Positions 49,301 through 61,300 of a stretch of DNA of 64,000 bases are shown one piece after another. This DNA comes from Hydrolagus affinis (Eukaryota). The DNA is taken from NCBI GenBank assembly GCA_012026655.1, contig JAAILG010000750.1, positions 1 to 64,000 on the forward strand, read 5' to 3'. Positions within the stretch are counted from its first letter, which is position 1. Every line of letters starts with the position of its first letter. The translations under genes and the position numbers were made by a program. The notes below the pieces were generated by a model, which did not search any database, was not told the origin of the DNA, and was given only the letters and a program-made list of their open reading frames with translations.

Positions 49301-52300
49301 CTATGACAGCCTGATTTATTTTCCTCCTAATTGATGTCAATGACTCAGTGCTACAGCAGATCATGCTGCTGATCAGAATTGAGTTATATGGTGATTGTAT
49401 TGTAAGATATTTTAGTGCTGATCAATGGACACACCTGACCGATCTTGACATTCTCACCATTGTTTCAGATATGATCTGCCAAGGCCATTCAAACCACTGT
49501 AGTGTTGATTGTCTTATCCCTTGAGCACTTTAGGCTATTACCAGGTTGAAATTGGAAGCTTGCCGTATCTGACCATATTTGTCAACATGTGTCTGCAACT
49601 CGGCGCATGCCTCGGGCACATGCCCGCGCAAGTGCACTCACACTCACACTCTCTTTCTGACCTTCTGAATGCAGAATCTGTTATCATAATTTTTATGCTC
49701 TGCAGATTTGGGATTTGGCAGATCCTGAAGGCAAAGGCTACTTGGATAAACCGGTACGTGAAAGTGGAGATTTTCTGTTTTTTGATGTAATGATTGCACA
49801 CTAATTTTGCACACATAATGTACAATCAGTTCACTTTACAGTATATTCTGTGAAATGGTTTGAGACATCTCAACAACATGATGAAGTGCTGTATAAAATG
49901 CAAATATTATTATTATATCATCGTATGCTGATCCTCTGTTTACTTCGTAGGGCTTTTACGTTGCCTTACGCCTGGTAGCATGTGCACAGAGTGGCCACGA
50001 CGTTAGCCTGAGCAGTCTCAATGTGACGCTACCACCACCCAAATTTGTAAGTATCTATAAAACAAAATCCTAACTTTTTTTAAAACTACTTTTTTTTAAG
50101 AAAGAAGTTTTCTAGAACTTACAGATGCATTCTGTGCTTAAGTGTTTAACCTCGTCCAACAATATTACTATTAACTATCGATAATACCGCAAGCTCCCAT
50201 TCCTGTTGAATTTAATCAAATATGCAGCAGATTGTTGGTTTAAAACAATTCTCTCATTTTTGTACCCAATGGTTTGTCTTTTCACTCATATTAAAACAGC
50301 ATGTAGCTGAATGAGAGTGTTGGTTTATACAATCCGAAGTTACTGCTGGAGTGGAGTTTTTGCTACTCTGTGCATCTTAGGATCAAGCAGCTTTTCAATG
50401 ATTCTTGCTTGTTGAATTAATCCGGTCAGCGGATTAATGTTGTAAAGTGAAGTTGTAATTCTGTGGACTACACAAAGCAAATGCTGAAGGTGGGGTAGAG
50501 CTGAGCACCTCGGTTTCCTGCAGTGCAGGAGATGGAGCAGGAAACTGATAGACATTACCTTGCCTTTTTTTTGACAAGTGACACAGGATTGTTATCACCC
50601 AAGGAGAGAGGGTGGGTGAAGGCTTCTGATATTGCATTGTTCCCCCAGTGCTGCATTGGAATGTCAAATTCCCCATACGAGGCTTCAACCCACAACCTGA
50701 TTATTCGAATAAATAAAGTTTTGTAGTGTAACTCGCTCATTCCATTGTCTCACCCGTGGATCATGTTAATAATCAAACCCTTTTTTGTTTTACCTACAGC
50801 ATGACACTAGCAGTCCCTTACTAATTGTACCCCCTTCTACAGAGATGCACTGGGCAGTAAGGGTAAGTGGGGTCATCTGATGTCATTGTGATCTTGACTG
50901 AATTGTAGAACAGCTGGTAAAATGAGTAGATGTGGGGCTTATAGAAGCCAGGACGTAAAGTTTAATCATTGTCCCTTACCTCCACATTACCTACCTTTAT
51001 TTGAAAGATGTGGCAGATTTGTTATTTTAAGCGCTCTGAGACTCTTGTCCGGCATGGAGGGCACCATATAAATCAAAGTTGTTGTAATTTTACATATTTA
51101 TAAGACGTATGGTGAAGAAAATGTGATGTGTTCAGTTCAGGTTTTTGTAAAGCATAGATTTGAATCGCTCCCCGTGAATAGAGTGAACAGGTTATTCTAC
51201 TGTTTACTGTTGTGTGTTTAATGTTCATTATTAGGGAAAAATTGTTTACACTGGATCTATGGGGAGGTGGTTGGAATGAATTGAAACATCGGAATGGCAA
51301 TTACTCTTTTTTTTCTTTCCTATCGCACAGCCCGAGGAGAAAGCCAAATTTGATGGTATTTTTGAAAGTTTGACTCCATTGAATGGCCTCCTTTCGGGAG
51401 ATAAGGTCAAGCCTGTGCTGATGAACTCGAACCTACCTCTGGATGTCTTGGGAAGGGTAAGAAAGAATGTTGTTCTACCTGGCACCTATGTTATCACTGT
51501 TACTGTAAGCGCCAACTTTTGCTAATCTTGGGTGCCTTTGCCATTAAACAAAAAAGGATTGCTACAAAAGTAATACTACAGATAAGATGAGGCTAAAATA
51601 GTGAAGCAGCAGTGGACATTCTCAATGGCCTGATGAGTAATAGTACTGTCCCATATGGTACTGTCAGCCATACAGACGGGTAGGCTACAGGTTTGAATGT
51701 GTTGTCTGTTGATCTGAGCTGTGATAGCTTTTGGGGATGCTGGTATTGGCCTTTAACAAGCAGCCAGGAAAATCAGCCAGGGTTCCAGCTACTGATTACC
51801 ATCCAGAGAATCCTGCTGAAAGGTTTGTGTGTGTGTGTGTATGGAGGTCAAGTGAGGACTGAGCTCTGCTGTGGTGTTCATGAGTTGGATACTCTGCCAA
51901 CAGCACTCGTTGTCATGGTGTATGAATGAAGAATGGCCACATAGATTCGCTACGGGGGAGCAATCAGCCCATGGAGTTGTACAGTGGAGAAAATAGACAA
52001 AAAAACAGCAATTTTTCAAAACAATTTAGTGACTCACCTGTGCTTACAACAGTTGATTACAGCTTAATTCAATTAACATTTAATGATGTGATATTCTGAA
52101 TTACGTCCTACTCTGTTCACGGCAATATGTTTTATTACCAGAATAAAAGCTAGTTTAGTTATTATTTTGTAGTGAATGCTCCTGGCAAGGCACGTCTATT
52201 GATCTCAATGCAGAGGGGAGAGGCTAGAGAGAGAGCACTCAGCCTTCTGGTGGAGTTATATTTGTTTATTATTCATTCAAAATTTGGACCACGTCTTCTC

Positions 52301-55300
52301 CATTTAATGAACTAGAAATATTTTGGGCTCAAGTTTTCTTCAGTGGTTCTGTCTTATTCCCCGACTGCAATTGCCAAGTTATTCACATACTGCTGAGTTA
52401 CCGGCACTTATAGGTTTCCTGCTGGGGAAAGAAAATTCCATAAATGTGTCTCTTTAATACTTTATGCCTTCAAGATCACATACGCTGGCATCTCAGTCAG
52501 TTAGATTTTCCTTGATGGAGAGAAATAGATACGTGATACAGGGAACCTTTTTTTTCCCTGCAAGGAGTCAATGCGAGAGACCTGGGTTCAATTACCGGCA
52601 GAGAATCACTTGATCTCCAAGTTTCCTTATTCTGCACGCCTGATAATAATAATCCCTCAAGAAAAAACCCAATAATGAATTGATCACTTCAATCTATGAA
52701 TGTTTGTGGGACACTACTGTGCGCAATTGGCTGCTGCCTTTCGCCCACAAATCTGAAGCGCTTTGAGTGGTGTAGAAGATGTGAAAAGCACCATATCAAA
52801 TGCCAGGATTGATGTAATGCAAGATCAGGAGAATGATATTGAACGTCTTTCGACTCCTTGCTGAGACCAGCAAATAATAGACTACAAGAGGAAATTACTC
52901 CTGAATGGTGGCCATTGAAATCAGCGCTCNNNNNNNNNNNNNNNNNNNNNNNNNNNNNNNNNNNNNNNNNNNNNNNNNNNNNNNNNNNNNNNNNNNNNNN
53001 NNNNNNNNNNNNNNNNNNNNNNNNNNNNNCCCATCGACATATGGTTTGATTTTGCCACAACACCCAGATTTTGTTGCTGAAAAAAAAGCCTCTACCACCT
53101 TTCCTCGTAACCTGTGGCAGCTATTAGTTACACCAAGTGTTTATGTATGGTCATTTGATTTAAATTTTATTGATTTGTTGAGGTAGGTTCATTGCAAAAT
53201 CTGTCATTTATATCTGCTATAGTGCTAATTGTCTCCCTGAATCCATAAGAGTTAGTTGATCTTTTTATTTTCATTCCTCTTTCATGCAGGTTTGGGACCT
53301 TAGTGATATTGATAAGGATGGTCACCTGGACAAAGATGAGTTTGCTGTGGTAAGAACATAGAACATAAGAATAAGGAGCAGGAGTAGGCCCCTCGAGCCC
53401 GCCCCGCCATTCAATAAAATCATGGCTGATTTTCTAATCTAACTCCACCTGCCCACTTTATCACCATATCACCATAATCCCTTTATCCATAAGAAATCTG
53501 TCAATTGAGCTATTGCTTTGTATTCCTGGGAACATTGTTATGGAGTGGGACTACATTACTTTTTTTGAATACAGTCTCTCAGCTAATTCCACAGATTAAC
53601 TTTCTCATCTATGATGTGCACTGCTGTTCTGTGTAAGAAGCTTTGCTATCTAGATAAACAATGAACTTCTGTGCCACTGCTTGTGTGTGTTCTGTCTTTG
53701 TTACCAAGTCTCATAAATTTATTGAGGCAAGGAGCAGCAGATTATAGGCTAAATTAACACACAGCAAGCCAGATTGCTTTATTGTAGTTACAGCTGTTGT
53801 GAAATTGCTAGGAAGACCATCCCAATAGATTTAGCAACAGTTTCCATAAATTGAATAATTATTCCCTGTGTTCTGTATTTTTGCTTAACTGACTCTGCTA
53901 AAGTGGGTGGTTGAGGAGTTACCTGTTATTCCTCATTGACTCTGGATTTCATGTGATCCACTACAAAGCTCTCTAAATAGTGAATGTTAGTGTATAGAGT
54001 AATCAACCTCTTCAACCCCCACCATCCCTGCCTTCCACCAATTTCCTGTACCCAATTTCCAGCTTGGGTCCAAAAAAAACCCTAACTGTCCAGCATCCTG
54101 GAACGTCTTTCTGACACGAAAAGAGCTATACAAGTGTAATTTGTTGTTGTTGTTGTAGACTGGACAGTTACCGAAATACGAAATGCAGTTCTAATGGCAA
54201 GTTATATTACAGAAGGAAAGGCTAATGTCCTTAACATTAAGGCTAGTCCTTTTCAAAGCATTGCACACTTTATTTTGAAACTCTTTTCTATATTTTCTGT
54301 TTCCTCCTCGCAGCTTTTGTCTTATTCCGAATGCCCATTTTATTGCACAATATGAATATGCCAACAAGAAGCTTGTGTCAGATAGCCAGATAGCAAGTAA
54401 ACTCTATTTCCTGTGGTTGGCAGCGGACTTTGTGAAAGCATGACTACCGAGTGGTATTTCGAAAGACAATGTTTGATGCAACAGTGTCTTGCCTTAATGA
54501 CTGGATTGTTTATTAGCACATAGTATTCAAAATGCCATTTACAGTGAAAGGGTATAGTTTCTACTTAGCGCAGGTGTATGAAAGCATTTCTGACCGATGC
54601 CATGATTTCAAAATAAGAGGCATCTCGCATAGTATTTAATGTTGATTAAATACTGTCCTCCGAACACATGCAACTTGCATCTAAACAAAGAAATTGCTCA
54701 GTTGATCGTTTCACAAGAATTTCTGACTCCTTTTGCTTAAGAATGTATAAATCTTGAATAGCTTTCAGTTGTTACACCATACGAGTGCGAACTAGCTGAC
54801 ATTTTAATGCTGCTTTTCCTTTTACTTGTAGGCGATGCATCTTGTTTACAGAGCTCTGGAGAAGGAACCTGTCCCCCAGCTTCTACCGTCTGCGCTTGTG
54901 CCGCCCTCCAAGAGGAAGAAACAGGCTTCAACCCTCGCTGGTTCTGTATCAGTACTTCCAGCTAGCCCTCCCCCTAAAGATAGCCTAAGATCCACTCCTT
55001 CACATGGCAGCATTAACAGCATAAATAGCACAGGCAGCATCTCTCCAAAGCATGCGAAACAGGTAATAACACAGGAACACTTAATTACTTTTATATATTT
55101 TGCTGTACCGTACCTCAGGTGGTGTGTGTTAATCACGTTTAATATGGGACATGGTTAGATTAAGCATTCCCAAATTTATACCCCAAACTGCAAGAAATGT
55201 ACATGAACGAATCAGAGTGAATTGGCTATTTGCCTCCTTTGCATATCGTGATCTCAATGATATCTTTGAACTTGGAAAAGTTGCCGTTTGTTTTCAGTGA

Positions 55301-58300
55301 ATGAAGTCTTTCAGCTGCAATGTTGTAGCTTAAACGTGTGGCTGTTGACCGATTACAATTGATCTCGATCTTGTGGCCGTTGCAGAGATTTTCTTAAATT
55401 TAAGGTTCATTGATGAAGAGCTTGCCGAGGAAGGTGAAAGAAGGGGAAGGGGGGAGGTGACCATAGGTGCGGGTGAAGAGGTAGCTTTTAAGGTGGGACC
55501 TTAAGACAGATTGAGTAGGCACATAGGTGGTGAAGAGGGAGCGAGTTCCAAAGGTTTAGGAGCATGTGTATATGGTATCTGAGGAGGGCAAGTACTTTCA
55601 AACTTGGTGCTTTCAAACAGTCTTGAAGTTAGATTTGTTTTAATTGCTCCACTTATTAAAGTTGTATAAAAGTTTATAAGTTTATTGAGTTTGAACCGTT
55701 GAGTGCTGGAATGGGGTCAGCTGACTGACTAGTGGTGGGTGGGGAGAGTGGCATTTCCCAGTGGTTGAAGTGATGGCATTGCCTCTCTGACTACCATCTG
55801 CTTCTAGACCTGAGGATTGAATGTGGGGTATTCCTGGGCCTGCATGAATCAGTAGTACCACAGCGTTTGTCTGCTGAGCCATTCATCTTGTTATCAACGA
55901 AACCAGACCTGCAGCAGCTGTGATGACTTCAGCTTGTGAGAATTGTGCAATATGTGACCCAGATAAATCCTTATTTCCATCCCCACTTCCCCCCTCCCTC
56001 TCGCATTTTTTTCAGACATTAAACTGGGTCGTGTCGGCTTCTGACAAGATGCGATATGATGATATTTTCCTCAAAATAGACTTAGACATGGATGGATATG
56101 TCAGTGGCTTGGAAGTCAAAGACATCTTCATGCAGTCTGCACTCCCTCAGAATCTCTTGGCACATATCTGGTAAGTGGTCTGCTACGTGCTCGGAATATC
56201 TTAGCTGAGAGATGTCAATTCATTAAGTCTGTTCCCTCACCTATGGTATGGTGTTGCATTTTGGTGTTGTGCTTAGAATGGTCAAAATGACTTCCATGCA
56301 CTTTGCAGTTATTTGTTAAAATGTAATGACTTAGTGACTTCTTATTGAATCCATGTAGGGCGAAACTTTGGGCAAGTTTACTTACTTCACATGATAAAGT
56401 AATAACCCCTCAACAAAATATTATAATAAATTGATCATTTCAATCCACGACTGTTTGTGGGACACTGCTGTGCGCGATTGGCTGCCGCATTTTGCCCACA
56501 AATATATAGTCAATTCACTTTACGGTATATTCTGTGAAGCTCTTTGAAACGTCTAGATGCAATGATTATTATTATTATTAGCCGTGTCGTCTTAACAATT
56601 CTGAAATCTAAGTGATATGTTAGTTACAGGTAACATGGTTTTGTATTTCAATGGTGAAGTGACCCTGTAATGTATAAGTAATATTAATCCATGCATTTGA
56701 TATAGCGCCTTATTACGTTGTTGAGACATCTCAAAGTACATCACAGGATATAATGTAAAGTGAATTGACATCATATTTTGTCGGCGAAGCGTGGTGGCTA
56801 ATTATCCACCAACAGTTGTGGATTCAGATGATCAGAGACGAGTGCTTCGATATGAACAATTTGTAACAGTCTATCGTAGTCGACTTAGAACCTGAAACTT
56901 TCTAGGAGTATGATGGATTTCAGGCTTTTCCATGTTTGCCTGTCTAGGAATCAGGAGTGCACACTCTCTCTTGTCTCTTATTTCTTCCCCTTCCTCACTT
57001 GGGTCAAATTTAGCACTCCTATTTTTGATGTGAGCTAATTTGATACAGACCAGGGTTTGAACGTAGGATATTCCTGGTTCATATGTCTCAGGACCACACC
57101 AGCCAACCAAGCTATTAGGGGGAATTCCTGTTTGGAATATTTGTGCACATACAAATATCAACGTTTTGTTTCAAGGTTAAGAGGGTTCAAGATTCACTGT
57201 TCTGTTCTCACAGGGCCAAACTTGAATCATTGCCCTGTAATTCCTAATATTCTCTCTATTCCTGAAATAAGAGTTGCTAAGATTCATGTGCTGGAGATAT
57301 GCTTCAACCACCTTCCTGCCCTCCACCCTCCCGATCCCGAATCTCAGCTGGGTCCAAATCCCTGACTGTCCAGCTCCTTGGGATGTCCTCCTGATGTGAA
57401 AGACGCTATACAAATGTAATTTCATATTGTATGTTCCCAATGACTGAGTCAGAAGAGTGGAGGAGGTTGCAAAGATAGGAAGGGATCCCGGGATCCGCTA
57501 TTGTGAAGCCCTCCGAGATGCCATCTGGCGTGAAGGGCACTATATAAATTGAAGTTGTTGTTGTTGTTGTTGAAGGGCAAAGACAGGAAGAATTGAAGGT
57601 CAGGACAAGTATTTCAAAGTCAATTGATTGGTCTGAGGGATCCAGTGGTAAGGATAGGGGAGATAGCTATGACTTCTGTGGGATAATATGGGCTGCAGAG
57701 TATATTGCATGAGTTGGGAGCTAAGGAGAGGAGATAGGGAGGCTGGTCTTTGTGAGTGAGGTGATGAAAGCACGGGTGGGTTGAAATTGAGATGTAAGAA
57801 GGCAACGTTATGGAGGTGTAGAAAGAAGAGCAGAGGTGACCATGTGGGGACTGGGAGAAGCTATTTAGGGAAATATACTGTTGCTGGTATGGAGATTCTT
57901 GGAAACATTGTGTGACGTTGCCTGGCTGGACTTGAGTTTCCACTCTCTCGTGGACAGCAAATCTGTGCTCATGGCGGGAGCTGTCACAACTGAAGTTTAG
58001 GACTGTTTGACGGGAGCTCTGTTGGGCAGCTTCAGAGACACAGTCCGAGTGAGGGAAGGCAGAGTGATATTTATGGTGTGTTACCGTGCATAAAATGTGA
58101 TTTCAGTGCTGGTTACTTTTGGGCTGACACGGACAGGGGTTGGGAAGCATTATCGTAAACTGAAACATGTATTTTCAGCCCCCGCTTTCTTTGGCTGTTG
58201 AACCACCTGAAAATCGTCTCTCATTTGGCTTATTTTTGGGCTCAGTGTGAAATGTTTGGAGAGTCTTATTGTACGCAGTGGATTGTATATGACGCTATAA

Positions 58301-61300
58301 TTCAACACAAGCTGGCGCTAAATATTCAGGTCCATTTCAGAAAAGCAGTAAAGATTACTTGTGCAAATGATGGAAATGAAATTATCGGGATTCTATTAGT
58401 AGTTTGAAGCGATGGAAGGAGTTTTACACTGCAGCTATTTGGTACAGCTAACTCTGAGAGCGTTCAAGGTTAATGCTGAGTATCTAAAATGGGAATGTCG
58501 TCAATTCCACAAGGATGACATTCAGCCGCTCATTATGAGATTGTTCACATGGATCATTGCAGCAGACAAGACAATTATCCGCACTAATGAAGACCATCAT
58601 CTCTGATTCTTTCTCTGGCTTTCTTTCTGAGGCTGTCTGTCTGTGTCTTTCGCTCTTTCTGAGTCTCTTAACTTGCTATCTATTTTTATCTCATTCTGAC
58701 TAACCCTATTCCGCATAAACGTGCTCTTGAAAGCTACCCTGTGTGAGGGGTTGTCATTATAAAAGTATAAGAATGTCATGCTACAAGGTGAAATTTCAGT
58801 TGTGTACTATCTAAGGTTTGTTGGCAAATACGCCAGGTTATGCAACTGAATTGCATGTCTAAATGGTCATTGGGGTAATTAGCGTGTTAAAAATAAATAA
58901 ATAAATGAACGCTGCAAGCTTTTAATGCTGTTGCTTGTTTGTGGCAGGGCTCTAGCTGATACTCGGCAGATGGGGAAGCTGAACCGGGAACAGTTTGCTT
59001 TAGCCATGTGTCTGATACAGCTGAAGGTCGGTAAAGGCATTGACCCTCCCCAAGTTCTGACATCGGATATGATCCCACCATCTGAGAGGAACACTCCAGC
59101 ATCAGTGAGTACCCAGTGCAACTCTATTTTGGACCCTGATTTTACACTGACTTGCACTTAAAACTATAATATTATAATATAATATTCCTTGCATTTAATA
59201 GAGTGCCTTAACACGTTGTCGAGATGTCTCAAAGCGCCTCACAGAATACACTGTGAAGTGAATTGACTGCCTATTTTGTGGATGAAACGCCACAGCCAAT
59301 TGCGCACAGCAGTGTCCCAAAAACAGTCGAGGAGTGAGAAACAATTATTGACCTTTTTTGGTTGGATGGATTATTACCCCCAGAAAGCAATCTGCCAGTC
59401 GATTAAGCTTCCTACGTACTGCTAGGTAAACAGAGGCATGTGGAATAAGGAAACTTGCCTAGGGTTTCACCCTGCCCAGGAATTATACCTGAATCCTCTC
59501 ACTTGCGAGGCGAGTGATCTAACCAATACTCAACAGGACTCCTTTATGCCTGTTTGTGAGACATTGCTAAACATAAATTGGCTGCTGGTTTGCCAGCAAA
59601 ATATTGTCACAACACTTTACAGTAAAACTCTGTGAAGTGCTTTGAGACATTGAAATGACGCTTTGGAACCGTATCAAATGCAAGGGTTATATTATATATT
59701 AATGTATGTCTTTCCAACATGAAAGGCACTATACAAGTGTGATTTAGTGTTGTTATATTACTGTAATGGCTTATATAAAAAATGCTCTTTGCATTAATGC
59801 TGGCCTTTTCCTCTGCAACACAATACTCTAGACTTTTCAGTGTTGTGCTTTATGAGTAGACCTTTCCATTTCTCTGCTTTTCTAATAGGACAGTTCAAGC
59901 TCAGTTGGCTCAGGGGATTTCACTGGCATCAAAGAGCTGGATGCAATTAGCAACGAAATCACAGAACTGCAAAGGTAAATATTGATCGCAGCTTCCCTAA
60001 CCTGGCTTCCTTCCTCCATTAGACAGCGGTGTAAGTGTATACTCTGTAATACTGAGCTGTACAGAGCAGGAAAGCCTTAGGCTTGATTTCTGGACTCGCT
60101 GAGTCTCAGCAAAGGTGGCAGTGGGGTTGTTCCAAATGACGTGAGCATTTTTAGACACAGATGGAAGACCTATGTTCTCTGAAAGATGATTTTAACTTTT
60201 TATTGGATTCGAGTAGAATCATAGAATTATACAGGGCAGGAGAGCCATTTGACCCATCGGGCCTGTGCCTTCCCTCTAAGAGCGTCATTTATTCCTAACT
60301 ATTTCTCTCATACCTATTTGTATTTTACATTTTCAAACATTTACCTGATTACTTTTCAAATGCTTTTATGGATCAATTGTGCCTTGATGTTAAAAAAAAA
60401 AGCCACGCTTCTATTGTAGGGTTCGACATAGTGTTAATCCATTTTCACTTTTAGAATTCCAGTCTTGGGTTTAATATTCCTGTTGATCTGTGACGACAGG
60501 TGTAATGTAGTTTGGGTTCAGCACACTGCTACCCAGTGGCTTTAATTGGATCTGCAGCGAAATGATTCATGTTTCAGTGTGCAGCAGCTTGTCGCAGTGT
60601 CAGGAACTGGCAACTACAATAATTGAGAACCGAATGCACAGACGATTTCCATGCTTCCACAATTCCCACAGCTTCATCTGTTGTGAATTGTGGATTCTCC
60701 CCAACCCAGCACATTTCAAATGACTGTTAAGAAGAAATTGAGCCTGACCGTGCCATCAATAAGGTTGAGAACCACTCAGTGTTCTAAAATAGTTGTTTCC
60801 CTTGTGATGAGATTGCCATTATCCTAGCATTTGATGGGTCATATCTACCTAGTGTTGTGTAACCTAAGGGAGTTGTCTTGGCTAACATTAATATCCTGAC
60901 TGAGGCATCTGCCTGTTTTGCAATAAAGAATGTTGATTTATGTTTTTCGTATTTCCATCCTTTCCTATTGAGATCCTAGACGTAGAATCCCACATTTTTC
61001 TTTCATCTCCTCTACCTTTAGCTGTACATAGAACAAAACAAAAGTCTGCACACTTCATAATTACTGTGAAGCGCTTTGAGATGAATTGAGCATTCTAAAA
61101 ACACGAGCTCTTTATGTATGAGATCATGGTGAATTTATCCACCTGACCCCTCGGTGTTGCTCAGTCAGAATTGTTTTGAATTTCAAAATAGATGTCAGTG
61201 GTGTAAATGCAATAGCAAGTGGTTGAGTGCAGAGTTGAACTTTCTCATGAAGGGAGAAAGTGGCTCTGTGTTCACTCGTGGTGTCAACCACATGGATTGC

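Noticed and set aside
52689-53186. ORFs spanning the N run; possible missing exon in the gap
   Set aside because: The ORFs are artefacts of the Ns; exons 7 and 8 join in frame as continuous EH2 sequence (LDVLGR|VWDLSD).
57620-58170. Purine-rich stretch with a 107-aa minus-strand ORF
   Set aside because: Probably a very decayed LINE fragment; no motif strong enough to call.
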